Source of the DNA: Planctomycetota bacterium
Lineage (GTDB): Bacteria; Planctomycetota; UBA8108; SXIK01
NCBI GenBank assembly: GCA_965223265.1
Contig: OZ244999.1
Location: 1,792,001 to 1,856,000 of the forward strand
Length of the DNA: 64,000 bases
Direction of reading: 5' to 3'
Shown here piece by piece: positions 9,063 through 18,294 of this stretch; within the stretch, counting starts at the first letter, position 1, and every line of letters starts with the position of its first letter. The notes below the pieces were generated by a model. The model saw nothing but the letters and a program-made list of their open reading frames with translations, ran no database searches and was not told the origin of the DNA. The translations under genes and the position numbers were made by a program.

Positions 9063-10622
9063 ATGGTGGTTGGACTTGTGAAGAGAAACGAAGAGCTCCA
9101 GAGAGAAAACGAGCGTCTTCGCGAGGCGCTCAAAGCGCTGGAGGTGCAGCTCGCCTCTAGTGAGCAGGAGCGCGAGATCCTGGCGCGTCTGCTTGCGAAT
9201 CTGCGCAGCCGCAGTTTCGCAAGGACCTCTGAGAAGCTTGAGCCAGGGCAGTTGACCTTTGACTTCGTCGGTAAGCTTGTTGAAGAGGCCGAAAACGAAG
9301 TCGAGGAAGAGATCGAAGAGGAGAGCTCTGAGGCGAAACGCAAGCGCCGCCCGAAGCGCCGCAAACCTGATTCGATTCCGGAGTCAATTGCGCGTGAGCG
9401 AGTCGTTCTTGACGTGGCGCCGGAGCTTCGCGTGTGCAGCTGCTGTCACTCGGAGCTGCATCGCATCGGCGAGGATGTCACCACCGAGCTCGACTACGTT
9501 CCGGCACGCTTTGTCGCTCGGGAATATGTCCGGCCAAAGTACGCCTGCAAGCTCTGCGAGGAGGGCGTCATACAGGAAGCTTTGCCAGCCCGGCCGATCA
9601 ACAAGGGACTCCCCGGTCTAGGACTGCTGACGCAGGTGCTCGTGGCGAAGTTCGTCGAGCACATGCCTCTGTATCGCCAGGAGAAAGCATTTAAGCGTCA
9701 GGGAGTCGAGCTCCCACGCTCGACTCTGTGCGACTGGGTTCAGGCCATGGCGACGCTTCTTTTGCCGATCTGGCAGTCGCTCAAACGCGAAGTGCTCGAG
9801 AGCTCTGTGATTCAGGCTGATGAGACTCCAGTTGTGGTTCTCGACAGGCGAGGGGCGAAGAAGGGTTACCTATGGACATATGGGATCCCATGGGAAGACG
9901 TTGTGTTCGATTTTGCCGAAGGGCGCAGCGGGACTTTTGCCGAGGAGTTTCTCAAGGACTACGAGGGTCACGTTCAGTGTGATGGCTACTCAGGCTACGA
10001 TGGGCTCGATGTGAAGCGCATCGTGCGCCTTGGCTGCTGGGCGCACGCGAGGCGCCGTTTCTACGAAGCACGCTCGGAGTCGCGCACAGCGAAGGTCGCA
10101 CTCGCATCGATCCAGAGTCTGTACCGCGTCGAACGCGAGGCTCGCGCGGAGGGTCTCCGTGGCGATGAGCTCGTAGCGTTTCGTCGTGAGCACGCCGGCC
10201 CGACTCTCGAGAAGCTCAAGGGGTACCTCGAGGAACGTCGTGCACACTTTCTTCCTAAGTCTCTCACCGGCGATGCGATCGGCTACACTCTCAATCAGTG
10301 GAGTGCACTGGAGCGCTACCTTGAAGTGCCGCTGGCCGAGATCGACAACAACGGCATCGAGAACGCCATCCGGCCGGTGGCGCTTGGCCGAAAAAACTGG
10401 CTCTTCGTTGGACATCGTAACGCTGGGCCACGAGCGGCGACGATGCTCTCGCTCGTCGGAACCTGCCTGCGACTGAGGATCGATCCGGCTGACTACCTGC
10501 GCGACGTGATCGAGAAAATGGCGCAAAACCCGTCTCGTGCCGAAGAGTTGACGCCGAGACGTTGGCGATCGGCGCGCGAGTCCGGGAGGACCGACAGCGC
10601 CAACACCTCGAGCGTCTCGTAA
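9063..10622 (+). CDS. tnpC: IS66 DDE transposase TnpC
   Basis: Leucine zipper, zinc finger (CSCC...YACKLC), KFVEHMPLYRQ, IQADETPV, QCDGYSGY, GCWAHARRRF, EIDNNGIENAIRPVALGRKNWLF. Confidence 0.95.
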   Translation: MVVGLVKRNEELQRENERLREALKALEVQLASSEQEREILARLLANLRSRSFARTSEKLEPGQLTFDFVGKLVEEAENEVEEEIEEESSEAKRKRRPKRRKPDSIPESIARERVVLDVAPELRVCSCCHSELHRIGEDVTTELDYVPARFVAREYVRPKYACKLCEEGVIQEALPARPINKGLPGLGLLTQVLVAKFVEHMPLYRQEKAFKRQGVELPRSTLCDWVQAMATLLLPIWQSLKREVLESSVIQADETPVVVLDRRGAKKGYLWTYGIPWEDVVFDFAEGRSGTFAEEFLKDYEGHVQCDGYSGYDGLDVKRIVRLGCWAHARRRFYEARSESRTAKVALASIQSLYRVEREARAEGLRGDELVAFRREHAGPTLEKLKGYLEERRAHFLPKSLTGDAIGYTLNQWSALERYLEVPLAEIDNNGIENAIRPVALGRKNWLFVGHRNAGPRAATMLSLVGTCLRLRIDPADYLRDVIEKMAQNPSRAEELTPRRWRSARESGRTDSANTSSVS

Positions 10623-10761
10623 GCCCCGAGACTGCTTCGAGCGCACTCCCGCAGTGACGGAAGCGGCGACCGACTCGGGGCGACAACTGACTGAGATCTC
10701 GACGCCCTGCGATCACGGCGTCGGTGACGACGGTGGAATCACCGGACGCTTACGAAGAGAG

Positions 10762-13700
10762 TGAATACGACGGCGGCGGTGTTGGCGATGGACACATCAC
10801 AAAGAAGAAGGAATATCACACGACGACTGCGTTCACCGGCCAGGAGTTTCACGTCTCGTACAGGGGGGACTTGCGTGGAATCGAGCCGTTTTATGGCAGT
10901 GGGGCCACAGAGACAGCCATAGGGCCGTTTACCGTCTTCGACGTGAACTGGGCCGGTGAGAGGGTTGCCAACGGTGTGTTTGACGTCAATCCGACGTGGA
11001 CCGGGTCGTCTGGAGTTCTGAAGAACGACGGACTCTCGGATTATGCCGACTCGACTGAAACAAACCGAAAAGCTCTCACCACCCAATCCTATGACAATCT
11101 GGGGCGTGTTTATGAGACTGAAGTCTGGACGATCGATTCGTCGAACGGGCAAAAGGGAGCCAAATTCCTGACGGAGAATTTCTATGATCGAAACGATAGT
11201 TTGGTTGCCGAAACGACGAAAAATGCCACGTTCGTGGAACATGCGTACGACGGTGCGGGACGAAACTATCAGACTCGTATTGTGGCCGACGAGATTGCGT
11301 CCACTCCCTATTCTTCTGGATCTTTCGTCTACCGTAATCCGAAACCTGATCCAAACGTAAGGGACATGGATGCGTTGACGTCCGGAGGTGGGGACGACGA
11401 CATTCTTGAGATTGAGCACGAAGAACTCGACGACTCCGGAAACGTCTTAGAAGAGCACGTGTTCGAGGCTAACCATGACGACGGCGACGGTCTCGACGTT
11501 ACAGCCGATGATGACTATGTGCGTTCGTCGGAGTTCTTTTGGTATGACGCAGACTCGGAGCTCTTGACGACGATAGCTGACTACGGTAGCGGTGACACGA
11601 ATTCTGGAAGCGGCTCGTGGGACCGATTCGCTATACCAGCGAGAGGTGCTGCCCCGACTTCGAGTAGTGATCAGAAATTGGTCACCAAGTTCACGTACAA
11701 TACCGCTGGGCTCTTGGAGACAATCACAACACCAACCGGCTCGTCGGGTGAGACCGTCCAAAAGATTTTTTACGACGACCTCGAGAGAACCGTCTACGTA
11801 GCCGAGAACTTCGATGACTTCGTCGCAACGACCGAGGCGAATACGGGCGGGACTGATTCGTCCGAGGATCGAGTCACTCGGATAACCTACGATGGACTCG
11901 GCAACATCATCGAACATGCCGCTCTCGACCCGGACGGCAATGGAACGACGTCAGACGCGCAGTTGACGACATATCTGTACGAGGATTCCCATTCGGCGTC
12001 ACTCGTCACCAACATCATCTACCCAGATTCATCGGACACTACCTCTTTGGGTACGGATCAGGTGAAGCTCGAATGGGATCTCGACGGTTCCTTAAAAAGG
12101 AAGACAGATCAGCGCGGTGTGGTCATTGAGGGTACTTATAACAATCGTCGACAGCAGGAGTTTCAGAAGGTTACCGATTTAGGAAGTGGCGGTGTCGATG
12201 GCCATGTTCGTGCGGTCAAACGCGAGTATGACTCTCTGGCACGATTGGAGAAGATTACCTCGTACGAAAACAGTAACGGAACTGGGGAAATTAGGAATCA
12301 GGTTCTCCTAGAGCACAATGATCTTGGCGAAGTGACTCGTTCGTGGCAATCGCATCAGTTGGGCAAGACCTCTTCGACACCAAAGATTGAATACAGCTAC
12401 GACTTGACGTCGTCTAGCAGCGTCTACAACGATGGAGCACGTCTGGAATACGTTCAGTATCCGGATGGGCGCAAAATCCACCACGGCTATTCTACGAGCG
12501 GGTCTGTTGCCGATCGAATGAATCGCGTCGCCACGATTCACGAAGACAACGGGTTGGGATCGGCCGGGACGACGATATTGAGCTATGCGTACAGTGGACT
12601 CGGGCGGCTCGCAGAGGCTGGCCTCGAGGAGCCCGGTGTTCGCCTAACTTACCATCAGGGGGACAACGACGATGCTTATGAGGGGCTAGACCGTTTCGGC
12701 CGCCCGAAGGATCACTTCTGGGATGGTGATGGCGCAACAGCGGATGTCGACCGACTTAAGTATTCGTATGATCGTGCCCACAGCCTGACACAGAGGGAGA
12801 TTGATTCGTCTATATATTCCACCCAAGACAAAGACCAAGTCTTCGAGCACGACGGCCTCGAACGGCTGACGTCGTACGAGCGGAGAGTGCTCGTCACCGG
12901 GCCAATCAAGCACGAGCAGGACTTCACCCTCGACCAGCTCGGCAACTGGACGGATCTTGTCGAAAAGACCAATGGCTCGACGGTCCTCAACCAAGACCGT
13001 GACCACAACGACGCAAACCAGCTAGAGACGATCACCGAAACGACCGGACCAGCTTGGATTGATCCGGTGTTCGATGCGGCCGGCAACATGACAGAGGGGC
13101 CGAAGCCCGGAGATGAGACGACCAAGCATCGCTACGTCTACGATGCGTGGAATCGTCTTGTCAAGGTGAAGGACTCGGCTGGGACGACGACCCTTGCCAC
13201 CTTCGAATACGACGGACTCGATCGTAGGATTCGAGTCGAAGACAGCGCTTCCAACGACTGGGACTTCTACTACAACGAAGACTGGCAAGTTCTCGAGATC
13301 AGAAAGAACAGCAACGCGAACCCGCTGAAGCAGTTCGTTTGGCACCCGTACTACGAAGACGCTCTTGCTGTTCGCTTTTGGGACAGCGACACCAACGGGT
13401 CTCAGACCACCCACTACTACACCCACGACGCCAACATGAACGTGACGGCGTTGCTCGATGACAACGGTGTCGTCAAGGAGCGCTACGAGTACACACCGTA
13501 TGGGGTCGTGAGCGTGCTTACGGCTACCTTTGGCACGCGGAGCTCAACGCTGTATGACCAGGAGGTGCTCTACACTGGTCAGCGACGCGAGGCCATTTCT
13601 CAGCTCTACCATTATCGCTTCCGCGAGTATCACACAGCCCTCGGGCGCTTTCTGACGCGCGACCCTGCCGGCTACCTGGATGGTCTCAATCTCTACGAAT

Positions 13701-14365
13701 ACGTCGCTGGCAACCCGCTCATACGGCTCGATCCGTATGGGTTAGGATTCTGGGGCTGGGTCCAAGGTGGGCTCGACGTCGCCGGATTCATTCCGGGGAT
13801 TGGAATCGCTGCGGATCTTCTCAACGCAGGGATCGACGCGGCCCAGGGGAACTGGGCGGACGCCGGGCTGAACGTTGTCGCGGCGGTGCCTGGTTTTGGG
13901 GACGGTGTCAAGGCGGCGAAGATAGGCGTAAAGGTCGCACGTCGCGGCGGTCGTGAAGCTGCTGACGCCGCGCGGCGCGGAGTGAATCGGCGAGGAGCTG
14001 CTGGAGGTGGCAATCTTCGACAGACCCAAAAGAAAAAGACGGCCAGAGAGAAGCAGAGAGAGCGCAAGCGGAAGGAGGAGGAGAGAAAGCGTGAGGAGAA
14101 AAAGCGCGAATGCGACATTCTTAATGCCGCGTATCATGCCGTGTGTGACAACCTTTCTAAATGCAAACCTTGTTTGGACTGCAACGAGTATGATCCTATT
14201 ATCGCTGGCATTAAAGAATGTATCCGGTTGAGGGAGAAGTGGCTCAACAAAGGATGTTGCATGACCAACCGCGCAAACTGTTGGAGACAGCACAGACAAC
14301 AGATAAAGCAGGTGAAAAAACGCCTAAAGAAATGTAAGAAACGCAAGGAAGCTGCATGCCGATGA
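10762..14365 (+). pseudogene. Rhs polymorphic toxin, fragment 3 (YD repeats, Rhs core, PT-TG pre-toxin, Cys-rich cationic tip); open as a 1213-aa ORF from GTG 10724 inside the IS66 end
   Basis: YVYDAWNRLVKV, ERYEYTPYG, YTGQRRE, YHYRFREY...GRFLTRDP, NPLIRLDPYGL (PxxxxDPxG); then LDVAGFIPGIGIAADLLNAG...GNWADAGLNVVAAVPGFGD (PT-TG-like); last 84 aa contain 11 Cys. Confidence 0.92.
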
Positions 14366-14538
14366 TGCGGTGAGTGAAATCGATCGAGGGCCAAGGCATT
14401 CGCAACGGGCTCCGAATGCCTTGGTTTCTCGCTGAGAGCGAATTCAATCAATCCGTGGACGGTTTGTCTTGACGGCGGGTGGGGTACAATAGGTATCGGC
14501 TGTACATGCTTTCGTCGCTGGCGAGGTAAGATATTCAG

Positions 14539-15165
14539 ATGCGACGTGTTCCCAAATACCAACGACAGACGCTTCGCTGCCCAGTTTGCCATCAGGATCG
14601 AGTGATCGCGAACGAGAGTCCGCTCCTGACGGAAGTGCTCGGAGATCGGGACTACCTCAAGCCACAGGAGTTGCTGGCCAACACTCCCTGGGCATGTAGG
14701 ACGTGTGTCTCCGGCGGACGAGCAACCGAGGGGCGTTTGCGCGGAGAGCATGGCGACGTTTTGGCCTGGTTTGACGAGGAGAAAACGTGCGTCGACTGCG
14801 GGTCAACGTTCGTCTTTTCGGGAGCTGAGCAAAAGTACTGGTATGAGGAGCTCGGGTTTCCGGTCTACTCGCGCCCAAAGCGTTGTGTGGCGTGTCGACG
14901 TGCTTATCGACGTCAGAGAGAGACACAGAAGGACTTGCAGACCGCGCTGTCCACGTACGATCCCGCAGCTCCCGAAGAGCTCCTGACCATCGCGGGCCTC
15001 TATCTGGAGCTGGATCGACTTCGAAAGGCACGGGAGTTCCTCAACCGTGCGCGGAACAAGCTCGATCGCTCAGAGGCGACCATCGAGACTCGTGAGCAAC
15101 TCGCTCAGATGGAGACACTATTGTCAGCTGCCGAGTCTCGCGCTGTGGACGAGTCGGACGGCTGA
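14539..15165 (+). CDS. Zinc-ribbon (zf-trcl-like) + TPR-like protein; positional candidate immunity protein
   Basis: SD GAGGT; CPVC...CRTC, then EKTCVDCGSTFVFSGAEQKYWYEELGF...PKRCVACR (zf-trcl pattern); C-terminal TPR-like helix pair; first gene after the toxin. Confidence 0.75.
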   Translation: MRRVPKYQRQTLRCPVCHQDRVIANESPLLTEVLGDRDYLKPQELLANTPWACRTCVSGGRATEGRLRGEHGDVLAWFDEEKTCVDCGSTFVFSGAEQKYWYEELGFPVYSRPKRCVACRRAYRRQRETQKDLQTALSTYDPAAPEELLTIAGLYLELDRLRKAREFLNRARNKLDRSEATIETREQLAQMETLLSAAESRAVDESDG

Positions 15166-15343
15166 TGGCGCTCAACGGGTGAGTCGTTTCCCAGCCAGAG
15201 CAACTCGCGACGCGATGCACCACGCCTTTCCGCAATGCTGGTGACCTCGGGCCGCTGAAGCGACAGGTGCAGCTGGCGACGAGTACCTCCGGTTGCGGGC
15301 GTTTCGAACGCGAGTCGCGCGTCGAAGAAGATGCGGTCGTTAG

Positions 15344-15502
15344 CAGCCCGTTGAAAAAGTCATTCGGCCGAGAAACCGGCCTCTTCACGCCCAGCTCGAC
15401 CGCGTCAATACTCGAAAATCTCGGAGATTACCTGCGTTTGCCGCGGCCGATCTGGACGCGAAGAGACCAGTTTTCGGCTCGAAGCACTTTTTCAACAGGC
15501 TG
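15344..15502 (+). mobile_element. 159-bp MITE, copy 3 (reads identical to copy 1)
   Basis: Same TIRs; TTAG flanks (15340-15343, 15503-15506); the right TTAG contains the TAA stop of the minus-strand gene at 15503. Confidence 0.88.
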
Positions 15503-16876
15503 TTAGCCCGTCAACACGTAAGGGCCGGATTCGGTGCTCCCCCAGAGCTCTCGGAAGTTCGGATCGTTCGCGTCGACAAAGTCGGATGCCACCGGGTTAT
15601 TGTAGGCGGGAACCGGCCCTGGCGCGTTCGCGCCAAGGAGACGGTGGACGTATCTCAGGTTGTCCGTGCACCCAGGCTTGTGAGGGTCATGGCGCGTGTA
15701 GATCGTAGGGCCGCCATCGTAGCGGATGCGGACGAGGAAAGGTTTCAGTCGAGGCCGCTCCGCCTTGGAGAGTTCTTCCAGCTTGGCGCGGTTGAGCGTT
15801 ACACCAAGCCCTGGACCGTTTGGCAATCTGACGCTGCCGCCGACGACCGGCATCTGTTCGTTGGTGACATCCTCAGTCCAAAGATGACAAAGATTCACGT
15901 GGTCGATCGTTGCCATCTTGAAGACCGCTACTTCGTGCGCCAGGAACGCTTGGTTGATCGTGCCACCAGCTTGCTGCAGCATGATCGGGGCGTTCACTGA
16001 CTCGGCGATCGCGTTCGCCTTCGCCGCTGCACCAATGGGGGCGTGTCCGGCCATCATGCCATCGCAGATGCGTTCGGTGAGCAGTTCTGGCGGACCGTGA
16101 TGGATCAGAATCGAAAGACGGCATTTTTGGCGTAAGTGCCGGTATCCCTCTCGGTCCCGCGGCTGAATCGGATCCTCGACACGTGCAGCAATCGGAAAAC
16201 GCTCGAGCTCGCGCAAGACCGGATAGACGGCTTCGACGTTGGAGTTGCCGTTGAAGTCGTAGTGAACTCGAAAGCCCGGCGGTGCGACGCGCTGCATCGC
16301 TACCGTTTGACCCACGACGTTCTGGATTTCATCGACGTGATACTTCAGCCAGCGGTAGCCGCGTCGTGAGACGCTTTCGACTTCCTCGGCCATAGCGTCG
16401 GGATGCTGCGATACGGTCCACGCCGCGACTGGGGTCCAGTCTCGCACCTTCGCGCCGATGAGCTTCCATGCCGGTACCCCGAGGAACTTCCCCATGAGGT
16501 CGTAGCAGAGCATGTTCATCGGCAGGTTTGCGTTGTCGCCGATCCAGTCGAAAGGGCTGGTGCCGACGTAGCGATCAACGTCCCAGCCGCTCGAGTCGAG
16601 TCCCCAAGACTCCCCGAGACCTTCGATGCCTGCTGTCGTCTTGGCGACGAAGATCGTACGCCCCTGAATTTGTAGCCCATGATAGCGCAAGAGGCTTTCG
16701 CCGTTGTACTCGTGGTAGGGCGCCACGATCTCGTGTCGCTCGATCTCGGTGATGCGAAAATCGCGCGCCCTTTTCGCCGCTTGAGCTAGAAGACGGCCCG
16801 GCACGGACCCGAGAGTCAACGCAGCTGCTGAGCTGGCGGCGGTTCTCAGGAAGTTTCGACGATTGAAGCGGGGCAT
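15503..16876 (-). CDS. Tat-exported mandelate racemase/muconate-lactonizing (enolase superfamily) enzyme
   Basis: Twin-arginine signal NRRNFL; GIEGLGES; YDLMGKFLGVPAWKLIG; WLKYH, DFN, VEDP; LPNGPGLGVTLN. Confidence 0.85.
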   Translation of the reverse strand: MPRFNRRNFLRTAASSAAALTLGSVPGRLLAQAAKRARDFRITEIERHEIVAPYHEYNGESLLRYHGLQIQGRTIFVAKTTAGIEGLGESWGLDSSGWDVDRYVGTSPFDWIGDNANLPMNMLCYDLMGKFLGVPAWKLIGAKVRDWTPVAAWTVSQHPDAMAEEVESVSRRGYRWLKYHVDEIQNVVGQTVAMQRVAPPGFRVHYDFNGNSNVEAVYPVLRELERFPIAARVEDPIQPRDREGYRHLRQKCRLSILIHHGPPELLTERICDGMMAGHAPIGAAAKANAIAESVNAPIMLQQAGGTINQAFLAHEVAVFKMATIDHVNLCHLWTEDVTNEQMPVVGGSVRLPNGPGLGVTLNRAKLEELSKAERPRLKPFLVRIRYDGGPTIYTRHDPHKPGCTDNLRYVHRLLGANAPGPVPAYNNPVASDFVDANDPNFRELWGSTESGPYVLTG

Positions 16877-16892
16877 GCCGAAGTCCTCTTGT

Positions 16893-18161
16893 CTATAGCT
16901 CGCGGATACGGATATTGCGAAACCTCAGGTTGTTCGGCTCACCGTGGTCCTGCAGACCGATGTGCCCCGCGAGCGGACGATCCTTGACCGCTGAGTCGCT
17001 GAGGTCGATGTCGATGATCTTCTCGTCGTTGAGCTCGACTTCCAAATGCGTGCCGCGACACGTCACGATCATGCGGTTCCAAGTGCCGGGAGGGTTCGAC
17101 ATGTTTTTTGAAGCGCCGACTGTACTGATGATCCCGCCGTGATCATGGTGCGTGAGCTTGCCTTCCTTGCCCAACGAATCGAGGATCTGTGCTTCGATGC
17201 CGGTGCTGACGGGATCCTTGATGTCGCCGACGCGGAAGAAAACGCCACTGTTGCCCTTGGGAGGGTAGGTGTATTCCAGATCGAGGACGAAGTCCTTGTA
17301 CTTCTTCTCCGTCCAGATGTAATCCGAGTAGCGCTGCCAACCCTTCTCGCCAGGGCGCGGCTTGATCAAAAGGACGCCATCGGCCTGCGGTAGCCAGTTG
17401 CCGGTCGTCTTCCAGCCGGTGAGATCTTTGCCGTTGTAAAGCGACACCCATCCAGCGACGTTCTCCCCGGGACCGAGCTCGCGTAGTCGGAGGTTACGCC
17501 AGCGCACCTCGTACGGTCCGGTGCCTCTGCCGATACCGTGAACCTGCAGCCCGATGAAGCCGCGCGGGTGGGTGGCGTATTTCTTCTCGTCCGTGAGATC
17601 TGAAATGAGCGCGCCGTTGATCCAAACGCGGATCTTCGGACCTGAGGCAATCACACGGTAGTGATTCCAGGCGTTGTCTTTGAAGTGCTTGTGAGGCTTG
17701 AGTAGCTCTTGGGGGGTCATCCAACCGCCGGCAGCTTCGCCGTACAGATAACCAGCCTCAGCACCGTTGGCGCCGCTTGCTTCGATTTCGACTTGGGGAC
17801 CGTTGACGCGTCCATTCGGCGTTCCGTTTTTTGTCCGCGAACGGATCTGCACTCCAGAGTTGAGTGCGCTGTCGACGTTGACCTCGAATTCGAGCTCGAA
17901 ATCTCCGTAGATCTTGTCGGTACAAAGAAACGAATTTGGGCTGCCTTCAGTCGTCTTGCCGACGATCGTGTCGCCTTCAATGCGATAAGTGGCGGTGCCG
18001 TTGCGCTGCGTCCAACCCTTGAGCGATTTGCCGTCGAAGAGCGAGACCCAGCCGTCCGTGGGCGCTGCGATGGCGTCCTGGTCGGCCGTGAAGCAGCCAA
18101 AGGCGAGTGTCAAAAGAGATGCGAGGCCGATGGAGTACGCGGCGAGCGACGAATGCTTCAT
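16893..18161 (-). CDS. Secreted tandem DUF1080 (3-keto-disaccharide hydrolase family) protein
   Basis: Signal peptide; two domains, each with W.SLF/Y.GK.L.GW, Y.DF.L, NSGV..R, Q.EI/EAQI, WN, G.IGLQ.HG, V.W/FRN.R.REL. Confidence 0.92.
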   Translation of the reverse strand: MKHSSLAAYSIGLASLLTLAFGCFTADQDAIAAPTDGWVSLFDGKSLKGWTQRNGTATYRIEGDTIVGKTTEGSPNSFLCTDKIYGDFELEFEVNVDSALNSGVQIRSRTKNGTPNGRVNGPQVEIEASGANGAEAGYLYGEAAGGWMTPQELLKPHKHFKDNAWNHYRVIASGPKIRVWINGALISDLTDEKKYATHPRGFIGLQVHGIGRGTGPYEVRWRNLRLRELGPGENVAGWVSLYNGKDLTGWKTTGNWLPQADGVLLIKPRPGEKGWQRYSDYIWTEKKYKDFVLDLEYTYPPKGNSGVFFRVGDIKDPVSTGIEAQILDSLGKEGKLTHHDHGGIISTVGASKNMSNPPGTWNRMIVTCRGTHLEVELNDEKIIDIDLSDSAVKDRPLAGHIGLQDHGEPNNLRFRNIRIREL

Positions 18162-18294
18162 GATGGTTTCCTGTGGTATGGTGCGTCGAGGAGCTGGTCT
18201 CGTGACCCGAGACTCCGGTGCTCAGCATAGGAATTCAGCGCGGTGGCTGCAAGGCGAGATCGAGAAGGTCTCGTGTTCGCTCGTGCGATCTGGA

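Larger units (their letters stand above)
8229..10753 (+). mobile_element. Complete IS66-family insertion sequence (2525 bp)
   Basis: IRs GTAAGCGTCCGGTGA... / ...TCACCGGACGCTTAC (15-bp perfect match, typical GTAAGCG end); 8-bp target duplication GAAGAGAG (8221-8228, 10754-10761); tnpA-tnpB-tnpC order. Confidence 0.95.
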
